From Proteromonas lacertae (taxonomy: Eukaryota): DNA of 64,000 bases. A program made the translations under genes and the position numbers. Of the stretch, positions 1 through 14,167 are shown in pieces. Numbering within the stretch: the stretch's first letter is position 1; the number at the start of each line of letters is the position of its first letter. Under the pieces are notes generated by a model. That model searched no databases, had not been told where the DNA came from, and saw only the letters and a list, made by a program, of their open reading frames with translations. The stretch lies in NCBI GenBank assembly GCA_002245135.1, contig NGBS01000035.1, positions 1-64,000 on the forward strand, read 5' to 3'.

Positions 1-379
1 TAAAACCATTTCTGATAAGCCTGTTCTATCTACTTAAACTGTAGTTTATATTACAATATTACACAATTTTCCTGTCTGACAGATACTATCTTCCATAACG
101 TTATTCTATCTCCTATTAATTGATAAATTCAATCCCTAATTTTTAAATCACTCTATTCTTCCTCTTGTTATTTTTACTATTTGGTTTATGTAAAAAATAA
201 AGCACCATTTCATAACATTTATATAAATAAATATTAGATATAACACTCAATATCTTAAATCAAACATAAATGAAAAGCTTGATTCAAAAAATTCATTTTT
301 GTTTATTTAGTATGATGGAATAAACGTAAATTAACACAAAATGTTAGAGAGAATAACTATATTTTAGTTTTAAATAGAA

Positions 380-2657
380 TTATACAGTCAAATTTAATTT
401 TAATAACTTCATATTTTCACTTACATCAACAATGATTGGTAGTTCACCTCTATTACCATCTTTATTTTGATTTTTGATATTTTTAAAACATTCTACCCAT
501 TTCTTACATATTTCTACTCCATTTTCACTTTCTACTTTCAAAAGAATTCCTCTTTTTTTATCACCTTGTTCATCTACATATACTCTTATATTGTCACTTA
601 AAAACATTGAATTATATATCTTCAATATTGCAGGTTGATTATATAATATGAAATATTTTCTTTGCCATTTACCTATTACATTTTCTCTTCCTTCTTTCAA
701 TAAATATCCTTCCATTATTACTTCATAACTAAATGGTTTGTAAATATCATCATCTATTACTTCATTTTCTTGTTTTATTTTATCAATTGGAATTATTGTT
801 TCCCATATCTTCTCACGTTTTTCTTTTCGTTTTTCTTTTGAAGATTTCCTTGATTTTATACATAATACTGTCATAATTATTCCTATTAATAATATACAAA
901 CAACTAATGCAATTACTAAAATCCACTTGTATTTCTTATACCAAATATCTTCTTCTTTAGGTTGAGAATGTTGAATTTCATTACCAATTTGTGTTTTTGG
1001 AGTAAATGGATTTAAAGGATCTTTCTTAATATTATTATCTTCTGCTAATTGTGTGATTCTATTCAATAAGTTTAACAAATCTGATTATTGTATAAATATT
1101 AGTAATCTTTCATACATTTTACTATTTTTAATTTCATCAGATAGTTCTTTTAATACTTCTTCTTCTACTGTATATACATCATAATTACTATCACTTGGAG
1201 TAACAATTGATAAAATTGTATTTGCAAATTCTATTGGATATGGTTTAACATTATTCCAATTAAAACCATCACTAGCTAAATTTCTTTTGTTTTTATCTGG
1301 TGTTGGTATTTGTATTTTACTACTTTCATTATCATATTGACTATTTTCAATATATGTTAATACAAATCTTATCTTATAATCTGCTAAATCATCATCATTT
1401 GTATTGAATTCAATCCAATATGGACTTCCACTGAATAAATTTGTTAAAGATTGTTTAAATACTTCAAAGAATTTTCTAAAATTACTATTTCCATCACCAT
1501 TATCTACAAATGAATAATGTCCTTGTACTTTTGTACACCATTCTGTAGTATATTTCCTTTCACAACATAAACCTATTGGATCTTCTCCACCAGGTATTTT
1601 ACATTCATTATCATGATAAACTTGAATATCATATGATGTTTCTAAATTATAATCATTTTCATCATCTTCTTTAAATACTACTCTCATTGTATCAAAATCA
1701 TCTTTAACAGATGTTATTGTTGTGATATTCTTTATTTTTATATCTTTCCATTCAAATGTGGAATTATTCTTCACTTCTTTTATATTATTATCTTCATTTG
1801 TATATAAACTATACTTATTTTTATACTCTTCAGCAACTTTAAATGACATTGTAACTTCTTTTCTACTTAAAGCAAATCCATCTTTTTCTTCTTCACTTAC
1901 TGTTGGATAACTAATTACTATTGTAGAGTTAAACTCTTTATCATTATAAACCATTACTGGTATTTTTGATAAATATTTATTTATTGAAGGTTTATAATCA
2001 ATTACTGCTATTGTTATTTTTGTTTCAGCATTATTATTACCATTAGTACATCTAATTCTACAATCAACATAGTCTATTTCATATTGTGTATCTATTGTTA
2101 TTATACCACTTCCTCTTTCAAATATTATTCCATTATCTTCATATTTACATTTATGTTTTGTTATAAAATATTCATTTTCATTATCTTCAATTCTTTTTAT
2201 ATTGTAATTGTTGTTAAATTCATATTGAATCATCTTTATTGACAATAAAATAACTATTAATAATACTATTATGTAATAAATATCTTGAATCAACTGAATT
2301 TTTATCACATTCTTTCAAACTACCATTTGCACTACGAATAACAGATAAATTAAATGAATATGTGCTATATAATCCAAATATATCTTTCTTTTCAACAATA
2401 TAGAAATATATTTCCTTTGAATTCTTCTTTTCAGCTTTATCTTTACCAACATACACAGTTGAACTATCATTCAGCTTAAGAGTAAAAACAACATCATCTG
2501 GTACTATTGAATTGTGTTGTGTATCTAATCAGAATATTTTCTTAACTAATATATACTCTCACATTTTAGGTTTCTACCCAACACATCATTGCAAAACAAA
2601 ATAACTATTATTTATAATTACATACAACAATATACTCAATAACACAACAAAATTCAT
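380..2657 (-). CDS. Single-pass type I membrane protein with cytoplasmic PH-like domain (multi-exon)
   Basis: Spliced N-terminus MNFVVLLIILFCNDVLG is signal-peptide-like; TM helix WILVIALVVCILLIGIIMTVLCI; PH-like motif IMEGYLLKEG...GKWQRKYFILYN. Joins ORFs 2220-2456, 1085-2308 and 380-1078 through short introns plus one apparent +1 indel near 2300. Confidence 0.65.
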
Positions 2658-3399
2658 TTTACTACAAAAAATACACAATTTCTTTTTCTTCAAGTTTCTT
2701 CTTATTTTCTAAGTTTCAGATTCTTGCTACAATATTACAATAACAACTATTCTTTCCTTCATCTGTTTATTACATTTTTACTTCATTTCCATGTTTATAT
2801 CATTCTAAATTTCAATTCAAAATATCAAGCTTGCTTGAGTATTTATTTTGAGTTGCATCCATCATACACCGCTTTTCTAATCCTATAATTCTAACAAATA
2901 GCTACTAGAATATATTCAACTACTTTAAACCAAAAATACTATCCAATCATGTAAGTCTTTCATTTTCTAACAAAACTATCCCATAATTCATAATTATTTA
3001 TATCTTCATCACTTACACAAACTGTGCTGTTTATAATTATGATAAAAATTAAGATATATAATTATGATATTTTTACATTATCATTGAATAATATTGCACA
3101 TATTATACTTAAAAATCATGTATTTAATACATAAATATTAAAAAGTCGTGTATATATCTAAAAACTAACAGCAGCTTAAATTATATACTTATGTTTGATT
3201 TATTCATAACTATTACATACAAAAATAATATTTATATTAATAAATAATCATTGTATCTTTCAATAACATCAATCAAACATTCATTTCTGGCTTGTTTCAA
3301 AATAGAATTTAATATTAATGAATTATTCAATTATAATTATAAAAATCCATTAAATCTAACACCAAACACAAACACATCAGAAAATAAAGTAAATATTTA

Positions 3400-4519
3400 T
3401 CAAGTTTTATTCTTTCGTAAATCAATCGCTATACAAGTTATCTATACAAATAATAAATAAATAATATATATACATTATCACTAGATTCTTTCTCTAAAGC
3501 CAATTTCACTAAAGTATCAGCTAATCTTTCACAGTCACCTCCTTCATTTACCAATATCTTATGAGCTATTACACCAGCCAAACCATTCGATATAACATCC
3601 CATAAACCATCACTTCCCATTATTATACATAAATCATTCTCACTTCGAATTTTATTGATTATTTCTGGATCAGCTATTACATATGGTTTTAATGGAACAT
3701 CACCAACTGCTCTACTTACGGCTAATAAACCTTGAACACGAGGAACTGTAAATATTGTTATTACTCTTCCACCAGCTTTCTCGATTCTTTCTTTTTCATC
3801 TTCTCTATTGGGTTTATGATCAAATGATAATAGCTCATAACTTCCATTATCTTTTATTAAAATACTTCGAGAATCACCTGTATTAGCTGTTGTTATTGAT
3901 GTTCCATTCGTTACTATTACATTTGCTGTTGTTCCACATTCAAAATTATAAATCTTTGCCAATTTTGTAAACGATTCATCTACTGATATAAATGATTCAA
4001 ATAAAGCTTTACTTGGACTGTCTTTGAAACTATGACTGGATTTAATCATATCGGGTAAATGTTCGACACAAAATTGAGCGGCTTGATCACCTCCATGACC
4101 ATCAAATATACAATAGATTGTATATTTTACATTATTACGAGTTTCTGACACTATTGTAAAACGATCTTCCATATATGGTCTTAAGCCTTGTGCAACACTT
4201 AATCCGTATTTAAATACCGTATTACTAGAATCACTACAAGGACATCTATTCAATAAACCGATTATAAATATATATTAAAAATACTTTAATTTCAATTGTT
4301 TCAGAAGATGCTTTTGATGAACATCAGGTCTATGTTTACAATGAGAAAAGAGTAAATACGAGACTAAATAATTATATAACTTAAACAATGCAACGCATGT
4401 GATTGGTATAACAATATACTTCCAACTATAACCTAATAAATGGATATATACTTAATTGAGTCAATTAAAGCAGAAAGAGCTCCAGCATTGTCTGCATCAA
4501 GAAATGATAGTCCAAACAT
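3400..4519 (-). CDS. PP2C/PPM-family Ser/Thr phosphatase with N-terminal hydrophobic segment (PPM1L-like architecture)
   Basis: Motifs QGLRPYMEDR, IFDGHGG, ANTGDSR, DHKP, LAVSRAVGD, GSDGLWDV and DNIT (after removing the last intron). Four short GT-AG introns give a continuous frame from ATG 4519 to TGA 3400. Confidence 0.92.
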
Positions 4520-4647
4520 TTATTATATAAAATTAAAAAAAATAATAATGCAATATAAACCTTCAAAAAGAGAAATTAAAATATTTTGATGAAAACAAAA
4601 CGGCCCTATTTCTTTTTATAAAATAGACACTCAAAAAAATAGATAAA

Positions 4648-7600
4648 TTAAATAGTTTTAACCAATTGAACAATAAATCTTTGTTGATTAACCAATGCAA
4701 CAACTATATCACTCTCTATTTTCTTCAATTCATCTTCATTTTTGGAAATTTTCTCATCTATACTTTGTATCTGTTGTTTTACTTCATTCATAACTTGCTG
4801 CTTTTTAGCTAACTGCGTAACTAATGTCTCATACTGTTGACCCAACTGTAACTTCTTTTTTGCATGTTCTACATTTACTGTGCCATCAGAGCTGATAGCA
4901 CTTATATTCTCTACATTACGAATATCTCTTTCAATTGTACGAATTGTATTTCCCAGAGTGTTGATTTCTTCTGAAATCTTATTCCATTTTTGTTCAATTT
5001 TGTTTCTTTGTATAGTTAACTGCTTGATATTGTCAGTTATTCTATTCTTCTGTTCTCTACTGTCTTTCATAACATCTTTCTCCTTATTTAACAATATATC
5101 TTTAATTTTTACAACTATTTCATTCACATCTTTTGATTGGTTCTTCAAATTATTCAAATTAGATTGTAAATCACTTATTGTCTTTGTTGTTTTCTCTTGT
5201 AGGTCTTTATACATTTTCTCCCACTTCTTTGTGGTAGTTGCTTGAGCATTTTTCTCCGCTTTATAAGTCTGTAAAACAGAAGAACATAATCTCATATTCA
5301 ATGCAACGGATAGTTTTTTATAATCTTCAAGCTTTTGCTTGATATTTTCAATTTCTTCAATTTCTTTGGATTTTGAGTTTTTGTAGTTATTATATTCATC
5401 TTCTAACATATTATACCTCGAGTTAAGGTTGGAATACTCTTCCTTATTCTTTTGATTCAATTCTTCAATTAATTTCTCATTTTCATTCTTTATACCATTT
5501 ATCTTAATAATATTCTCTTTCTCCAATTTCAATTTCAAATTCTCCAAGTCTGTTGAATGATTCAACTTCAAATTATCAATTTCTTTTTCATATTTCATTT
5601 TCATTTCTTTAATTACATTTTCATAATTCTTATTCAGAATCTTATCCAATTCTTCCTTTGTTTCATTATATTGTTTATTAACTCTTTCAATTTCCAATTG
5701 TTGTTGATTTATAGTCTTCTGTAAACCATCTTGTATAGATTTAATAGTCATATTTAAATCACTTCTTTCTTTATCATTTCTTTTATTCATTTGACTTATT
5801 TCATTATTATATTTATTATTCACACCGTTAATTTCATCTTGATGTGATTTCTTCAACGCTTCTACATTCTTATTATATTCATTTTTTAAATTATTTTTTA
5901 TAGTGGATATTTCCTCCTCATATTTCTTCTTTACTTCAATCAATTTTGTGTTTAACTCCAACTCTTTTGATTTTAGTAACGATTCTTTTTCTAATTTGTT
6001 TTTTTCATTGATTGATTGGATTGTGTTTTTATTATTTGTTTCTAATGTCTGCAATATGTTTTCATATTCTCTTTTTATATTCGTTTCTTGTTCTTTTAAC
6101 TTTATTTCTAAGTCTTTTTTGTTCTTATTATTAATAGCTTCAATAGCAATAGATTGTGATTTTTCCATATCTTTCATTATTGTTTCTTTTTCATTTTTCA
6201 ATTTTTCAATTGTTCCATTAACTGCTTTATTCTTCTCCAATAGCAATTCAGATTCTTTATTCAAATAATTCTCTTTTATTTTATTGATCTTTTCATTATA
6301 ATTTGATTCTATTTTCATTAAATTACTAAAATTATCTTCATTCATCATCATTAGACTTTCCTCTTTCTCTTTTCTCATTTCATTGGTTAAATTGTAAATC
6401 TTATTTTCATACTGAGTTTTGGTCTCTTTTGTTACTTCATTTAATATTTTTGCATTGTCTGAAGATAGTAATAATTTCAAATTTCTCATTTCTTTTTGAG
6501 TCTTTTGTTCAATTTCAGATTTCTCTTTTGTAACGGTAATAATTTTATTCCATTTGGTGAAACTGTGATACATTCTATTTTCTAGTTTTTTCTTCATTAA
6601 ATCATTTAATTGTATTAATTTGGTGTATTTTTTAGATGTTTCATCTTTTGTTTTCATGTGATTTCTTAAAGATAACATTTCCTTTTGTATTCTGTCAATT
6701 ATTACATCTTTTTCTTTCATTTGTAATAACAATCTTTCACATTCTTCATTCTTATTTGACTATATAACAAAATATAAATAAAAATAAAGCAATATACCTC
6801 TAACCTTCGTAAATTGTATTGTAAAGACAGTGTATTAGATGTATTTTGTGTATCTAAATTTTCCATCTGTTTGATATACTCTTTCAATTCATTCTGCTTA
6901 GATTCATAGTCTTTTTCAAGTTGCAGTAATTGTTGCTTTGTGTTTTGATGTTTCTCTTGTTCTAATTGATAATCATCTCTTGTTTTTTGAATTAATTTTT
7001 TATTACTTTCCAAATTGTTTGTCAAATTCTGAATTTGTGTTTCTAATGACATTTTTGATTCATTATAAGATGAATCTTTTAATGATATTTCTCCTTCTAA
7101 TTCAGCAATTTTCTTGTTTAATTCGGTATGAACCATATTCCATTCTTTTTCATTCATTTCATTAGTTTGTTGTAAACTTTTTAATTCATTTTCTATATGA
7201 CTTTTGGATGAAATTTCGTTTTGTAAATTTACTTTTAAGAATTCAATCTATCAAAATAATAAACAAACAATAATACATCTTGTTTTAGATTCTTCACCTC
7301 TTCATCTTGACCATTTTTATCTGTAGATATTGAGTTTAATTTACTTTCCAAATCATTTATATTTACTTGCAAAGTCACTATTTTACTGGATAATTCTTTA
7401 TTCTCACTTATCAGTTTCTCTCGTTCTTTGGATATTAATTTCTCTCTTTCTTTACTATCTGTTACATCTTTTGTACTGGCGAGTAATTCTTGTTTTAAAT
7501 ACTTTACAGATTCTTGTAATTGGTTGATTTGTTGCAGAGGTGGACCTGATGATTTGATCTTATTTGAAACATCTTTTAACTATTTAAATAACAAATAAAA

Positions 7601-10600
7601 TATAAATATTTTTATACATTAGTTTCTCTAGATGATTTATAATCATTATATTCTTTGGAAATTTCTTTTATTTTTCTTTTATTATCAGCTAATTCTTGGT
7701 TTAATCTTTGATTTTCAATTTGTAATTGATTTATATTTTGATTGATTTTATCGATTGTTTCTTCATCCTTTTGTTTTTCATTTACCAAGTTATTGAATTC
7801 ATTTCTTAATCTGTTGTTTTCTGTAGTAATCACACTGATATATTGCTATTTAAATAAAGATAAAATATATATTAAAGAAAAGTGGATATATATACTTGAG
7901 TTTCTTTATTATTCACATCTTTCTTATCATTATTACTTATCAACTTCTCATACTGTTTCACTGATTGTTCTAATGTCTTATTTCTCGTTTGTAACTGTAT
8001 TTTCTCATTAATTGTATCTTTTAATCTCTCTTTTGTTTCTTCTAACTTCATATTTGCCATTTTTGCTTCTTCTGCCATTTTATTTGCATATTCTTCTAAA
8101 TCGTTTAACCTTATTTCTACACCTTTTAATTGGTTCTTTGGCTCATATAATTGACTGTTATATTTCAGTTCTAAGTCCTTTATTTGCGTATTGTAATCTT
8201 CAATTATTTGTCTCTTTTCATTATACCATTCTTTTTCTTTTTTGGCTAGTTGGTTTTGTAACTATTTATATTTATATATATCAATAAAATAAACAATACA
8301 TCTTCCATATTTTTTAGTAAATCAGATGATAATGGTGTTGGTTTCATTTGATCGGATATTTCTTGAATTAACTTCTCTTTTTCATTGATTTCATTTGCAT
8401 AATGTATTTCTTTTGTTTTAAATTCTGAAGTTAACTCTTTTTCTCTTGTTTTCAACTGTTTTCTAGTTTCTTCTAACTTACTGTGAAGATTTTCTCTCAG
8501 TTTATATTCATTATTCAATTTTTCTCTCAAGCTTCTCAACTCGAACTAATGAAACGGTAAAATATTTAAAAATATATAAAAATACTTCTAATTCAGTTAC
8601 TTTCTTGTAAGTTTTATTCTCCACTGGACTAGTAGGTAAATTGTGTTTGCTATTACTGGTATTAGCAACTATTGGAGATTTATTATTATATTCTTCACTA
8701 AATTCATTGAATTTTTTCCAGTCAATTTCTTCATCAGTTTCAGGTAATTCCATTATATTTTCCATATTATTACTGTTATCATTGTTATTATTATTATTAT
8801 TAACTTCAGTCATTGAACTTTTTAATATTTTATGATGTTTTTTCTGTTGTAAAGAATGTGTTAATTTTGGTTTAATTATTGTCACTTCTTTTTTCTTTTT
8901 CCTATCAAGTTGTTGTTGTTGTTTAGACATTATTATACTTGCACGATTTGAATGATCAGGAATTGATCTCAATATTTTACTATAATCACTGAGAGGTCTT
9001 CCATTTTCATCATATTGTTGATTTTGTTTTTCAACTTCCACTACTTCCACTTCCTCTCCATTATTATTAATAATCATTTCTTTATCTTCATCAATAATTT
9101 CAAATTGTGGATTTTGAGTAGTTTCATTTTTTATTTTTTGACTTTTTGATCTTTTGACTGATTGAGATGATTGTAATGGTAATGGTGGAGGTGGTTCTTC
9201 CTGTTGTTGTGTTTGATTCTTTAACATTATAGTCTTGTGCTCTATATCCATTGTCTTTTTGTGCTTGGGACTTTGTTTTTTTATTTCTTTGAAATTATTA
9301 TCTCTTAATTTTTGTATTTGTTCATAAATACTATTCAAATAAATACATAATAATAATAATATATACTGATAACAATGTGGACAAACAGTTACTGCTTTAT
9401 AATATTGACTTGGATTGTTAGTTTTCATTTTATACTGTAATTCATCATCAGCTGATTTCCATTCATTACTGAATGTGTCTATATTCAATAATTCATCATT
9501 ATTATTTTGATATAAGAATTGTTTTTCATTTCGTGCTAATAGAACAGCTTTGTATGTGATTTCTTTGGGAATATCATCTTCTTCATTGTCTAGATTTTCA
9601 TCCAAATCTTCCACTATAAACAATAAATAAAAAATACATAAAAAGAAGCAAAAGACAGAAATACAACAAAATACAAAAAATACAAATTATGTATATATAT
9701 ATACTGTTATTATATTCTTCAATATCTTCTGCAAATTTATCCGTTTTGCTATTCTTCTTTCTTTTCTTAACAGCTGTACTATCTAATAGAATAATTCCAG
9801 GTAAACTATTATCTAATTTAATATTGCAAAAATCACCACGACATTTATATTTTGGTTTAGTGTTTGTATTATTATTATATTTATTAGGTGATGATAATAA
9901 TATTGATTGTGATTGAGTAGTGTTGATATTATTATTATTATTATTTGGTGTAAGTGATGGTAAAGTTGGAGTACTTTGACTTTGTTCTAATAGAAAATAT
10001 GAATAAATAAATAAAATAATATAGGAGATGAAAAAGAGAAAAATATGAAGAGGGAAAATATATAAATAAATAAATAAAATGATATAGGAGATGAAAAAGA
10101 GAAAAATATGAAGAGGGAAAATATATATATAAATAAATAATTTATATATATATTTTATATATAATATACTTGATTCTATTTTATTCTTCTTCAACGATAT
10201 GGTCAAAATAAACGGAACATTTGTAATCCAAATAACATTATCTATACTTATCGTAAACTCCATTTTCATATCAACTATTCTAATATTATGATTCTTCTCC
10301 ACAAATTTAACTATTTCATTTATCATACTGTTAAATTCATCACATAAACTCTGATCTCTACATAATATATTTGGAACTATTCTTTCTGTACGATATTTTG
10401 CAGCTACTGTTGGTAATTTTTGATAATGGGTTATATATTTGGCACCTTCACTTTTAGGTATTACATTTGTCTGTATTGCTTCTACTGCGATAAAGTATTG
10501 CTCAGGATGATTGATTATTACTTTGTCATATTGAGGTAAGTCTAATATATCTTTAGAACTATCATGTTTGAAGAATATTAGACGTTTTTCGTTAGTTGAT

Positions 10601-10900
10601 GAACTTGACTCTGAGGGTATTTCTACTAGTTTTGAGCGAATCTACATATTATGATAAGCAAAACTATACATTACCAAACGACATGTTTTCTTCTTTCTTT
10701 TTACATATAAAACCAGCCTTATTTGTGAAAAGCCATTTTGAAGGATGAGGCTGGGGATAATCTGTGAATAAAATTGTGTCAACTAAATTAGCACGACATT
10801 TGTCTGATAAATTATCAACATGTAATTTGTCGTATAACCATAATGCACTTCTTTCAACAGCTGTTGGGTATACTTCTGACTTGCTTTGATTAAATGTCAT
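4648..10900 (-). CDS. Very large multi-exon protein: uncharacterised globular N-terminal region with Cys motifs, then >1000 aa coiled coil
   Basis: ORFs 10664-10900, 9598-10326, 8511-9623, 8246-8539, 7872-8078, 7612-7833, 6717-7157 and 4648-6732 join through GT-AG introns. KCRGDFC and VCPHCY motifs; long E/K/Q/N heptad-rich C-terminal half. Confidence 0.7.
10002..10127. repeat. 63-bp tandem duplication (2 copies) inside a 183-nt intron (9987-10169, minus strand)
   Basis: ataggagatgaaaaagagaaaaatatgaagagggaaaatata starts at both 10021 and 10084. Confidence 0.9.
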
Positions 10901-11234
10901 TACAAATTATTAAATATGTAATTTTTAGACTATTATCTGAGAAGAAAATGATTTTAAAAATTCAAAAAATAAAACGACAATGAAACGATTAAATATTTTG
11001 AAACAAATTTAAAATTTTCTATTATTGCTTATATTCTTCTTCAATGATGGAATAAAGATAATGCAAATAATAAATACGTCTAATAAAGTTTCAACATGAT
11101 AATTAAGTTGAAATTACTGTAGATTAGACTAGTTTAATTATACTTATCAATTTGATGGTCCTTATACACCTCGTGGTTATGGTTATAGTTATGAGACATT
11201 AGAAAGAAGTCCAGTAGATGGTCCACATTCAATA

Positions 11235-11935
11235 ATGCCTGATCGATATTCATTCCCTCAATTTCAACTAATATCTCCAACACAATTACAACCATCTCAA
11301 CAACAACAACCAATATTTTATACACCTCAGCAACCTGCTTATATAAGTCAAATGGTTCAATTACCTTCTCCATCCTCTTATCAACAACAACAACCACAAC
11401 AACAATCACAATCATTTCAATTTAATCAACCACAACCACCTCCATTACAATTACCTCAGCAATTAATTCAACAACAACCTCCTCCTCCACTTCCTCCTCC
11501 AATAATTGTTCAAAATGGAATTCAACTACCAATATTAGAAGAACAACCATCCCAATCACAGACAATACAAATATCTCCTCAAATGCAACAAATCCAATGT
11601 TCACCAACTGTTCAACAACAACAACAACAACAATTTTTTGTATTTTTATATTTTATTTACATTTATAATAATAAATAGAGAATGAATTCTTTACCAGTCG
11701 AATATTTAATGGATTTTTCATCAGCTGATGAAATATATCAATCTCCTATTAATAATCAAGTTGGAAATAATTTCCCTTTATATATTCCTCGTCAAAATAC
11801 TCAACCAATAAATCGTTATGTAAATCCTCCAATGATGTCTCGATCTTCTTCATTTCAATATCCAAGTATAATAATATAAACAATTTAATATTAATAGTTC
11901 GACAAAGATCATTTACTGATCAACAATATCCTTAA
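11235..11935 (+). CDS. Gln/Pro-rich low-complexity protein (3 exons; true start may lie slightly upstream)
   Basis: ORFs 11235-11678 and 11682-11879 plus a last exon ending CCT TAA at 11935, joined by GT-AG introns. The frame stays open upstream to about 11133. Confidence 0.55.
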
Positions 11936-12216
11936 ATATAAAAGTGGATATTATATGTTTTTATACTCTTTTTGATATTGTTTTATGAATTTTAAAACCA
12001 ATACACTTTTTATATAGTTAAAGAAATGATATTTCTTTTATCTCTTCTTCTGATATATCATTTAGTTTTATTTTCAAGGAAAGATATTAATTCTGATTTA
12101 TCTCTTCTATTAACAATTTGAATAGTTTTTCACTCATTCCAATATCTATTCAGATATAATAATTCATCACACTATTCTAATCACAAAATAATACACTCAA
12201 CATTAGAATATTGATG

Positions 12217-14126
12217 TTAATTATTTAAATTGGTTATATCATCAACTGTAAATACTTTATAATTAACAATACAGTTAATATCTTTTGAATAATCTTCTAA
12301 ATATTGTTTAAATATATCATATTTCATTATTCTATCTACTTCATAATAAAATGGAAATATAATAACATTATTTATAAAATAACATATATCATAATCTCTA
12401 CCAATATCAAGTTGACCAATATAATAACCTTCTCCACATCCTATTGAGGTTGTAGTATTTTGGAAATATTTATTAAATATATTCATCTGAATATTATTAA
12501 ACTTTATGACTTTATCATTCCACTTTGCATTATACATAATTGAATACCACACCAATTCATTGAATAATAGTTTATATAATGGATGGTTGTTATTCTTTAC
12601 TATTGTAGTAAAGAAAAATTTCTTCATATTATCAAATTCATTTTTATTACATCTGTGACTTGTATTTAAATATAGAAATTTGAATACTTCTTTAGATATA
12701 AATTCTAATTGAAATCTATCAATTGAATCATAATCTAATACTTTGTATTTTACAATATAATGTGATAAATCTGAATCAAATCTATCAATATTTAATCCAA
12801 TATCCTCTTCCAAGTTTGATTCTTTATCTCTTTCACATGGAAAAAGATATTTCTTTATAAAACCAAAATAACCAAGAGTATTCACAGTCGTTCTAATACA
12901 ATTTGTATAAATATCATCCCAATAATTTCTATCTTTATAATATGCTTTATATATTGCTGCAAAATATAAATGTCTTGGTACTCTATTGTATAAAGAAATA
13001 AGATCATTATCAATTGCATTTCCTAAATCTTTAGGTAAACAATTTTCTTTCCATATTTTTATCTCTTCTTCATTGCAAATATCTAAATAGAAATATGTTT
13101 TATTACCATGTTTAAAATCTTTTATATTTGAATAGTTTTTATCATCTGGAGAACTGACATTTACAATTATATCACCTCTTCTAAAAATTCCTTCAGGAAT
13201 ATCATATGAATCACATATTATTATTTTATTAATATATGTATCTTCTTCTAAATAATTTCCAATCAAATTATAGATAACAGGATTATTTGGACTTCCATCT
13301 TCTTTCTTTGAACTTTTGTAATATGTTAAACCTAAATTAATACCTAAAAAATTCTTCAATTGAATAAATTTTAATATAAAATAAATTAAAAAGGTGGATT
13401 TTCCACATCAGTAAATAGTAACTTTTAAATTCATTCTTCATAGATTCACATTTTATATACTCCTTTACTCTGGCTTTTTCATTTTCAACAATTTTATGTA
13501 AATCATCTCCATTAATTAAAGGATCAACATCAACATTTATGCATTTCAATAATTGTTTTAAAATATCATTATCATCATTATTATCATAAAAACAATTAAG
13601 AATAATATTATATTCTATTCTTTTCCAAAATAGCGGATAATAATCTCTCACCAATATTTTATGATTTGGATATTGAAATATTTTTATACTTTCATCAATT
13701 TTTATCAATAATTCATTATATATAAAGCTGGGAGGTGTTTTCTCCCTGTTAAATATTCGTTCCAAACAATTAAAACCTATTTTATAATACTCAAATATAT
13801 ATACTATTTCTCTCGGGTGGTTGTTGTTGTGATTGTAATTGTAGTAGTTGTTGTTGAAGTTGTTGCAGTTGTTGTTGTTGTTGCTGCTGTTGTTGTTGAG
13901 GAGGAGTAGCAACAGTTTCTAATGAAGTATTATTAGGATTATCTATTCCTCTATCTCCATCTATATCATCAATTTCCATTTCAGGATTAGAATCAACTGA
14001 TTCGTTTTTATTATCATTATATTTAACCCTTTTCTTCTCCTTCTGTGGATCTAATTCTTCCATCTTTCTTTTAGTACCAGTAAATTTATTATTATTATTA
14101 TTATTATTATTATCATTATCATCATC

Positions 14127-14167
<41 letters not shown>

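Noticed and set aside
4880..8287. Multiple plus-strand hydrophobic ORFs (e.g. 4880-5245, 5903-6268)
   Set aside because: F/L/S/I-rich antisense shadows of the K/E/N-rich coiled-coil gene.
12030..12150. Possible decayed coding relic on the minus strand (LIEEINQN*YLSLKIKLNDISEEEIKE)
   Set aside because: Too short and low-complexity to support a pseudogene call.
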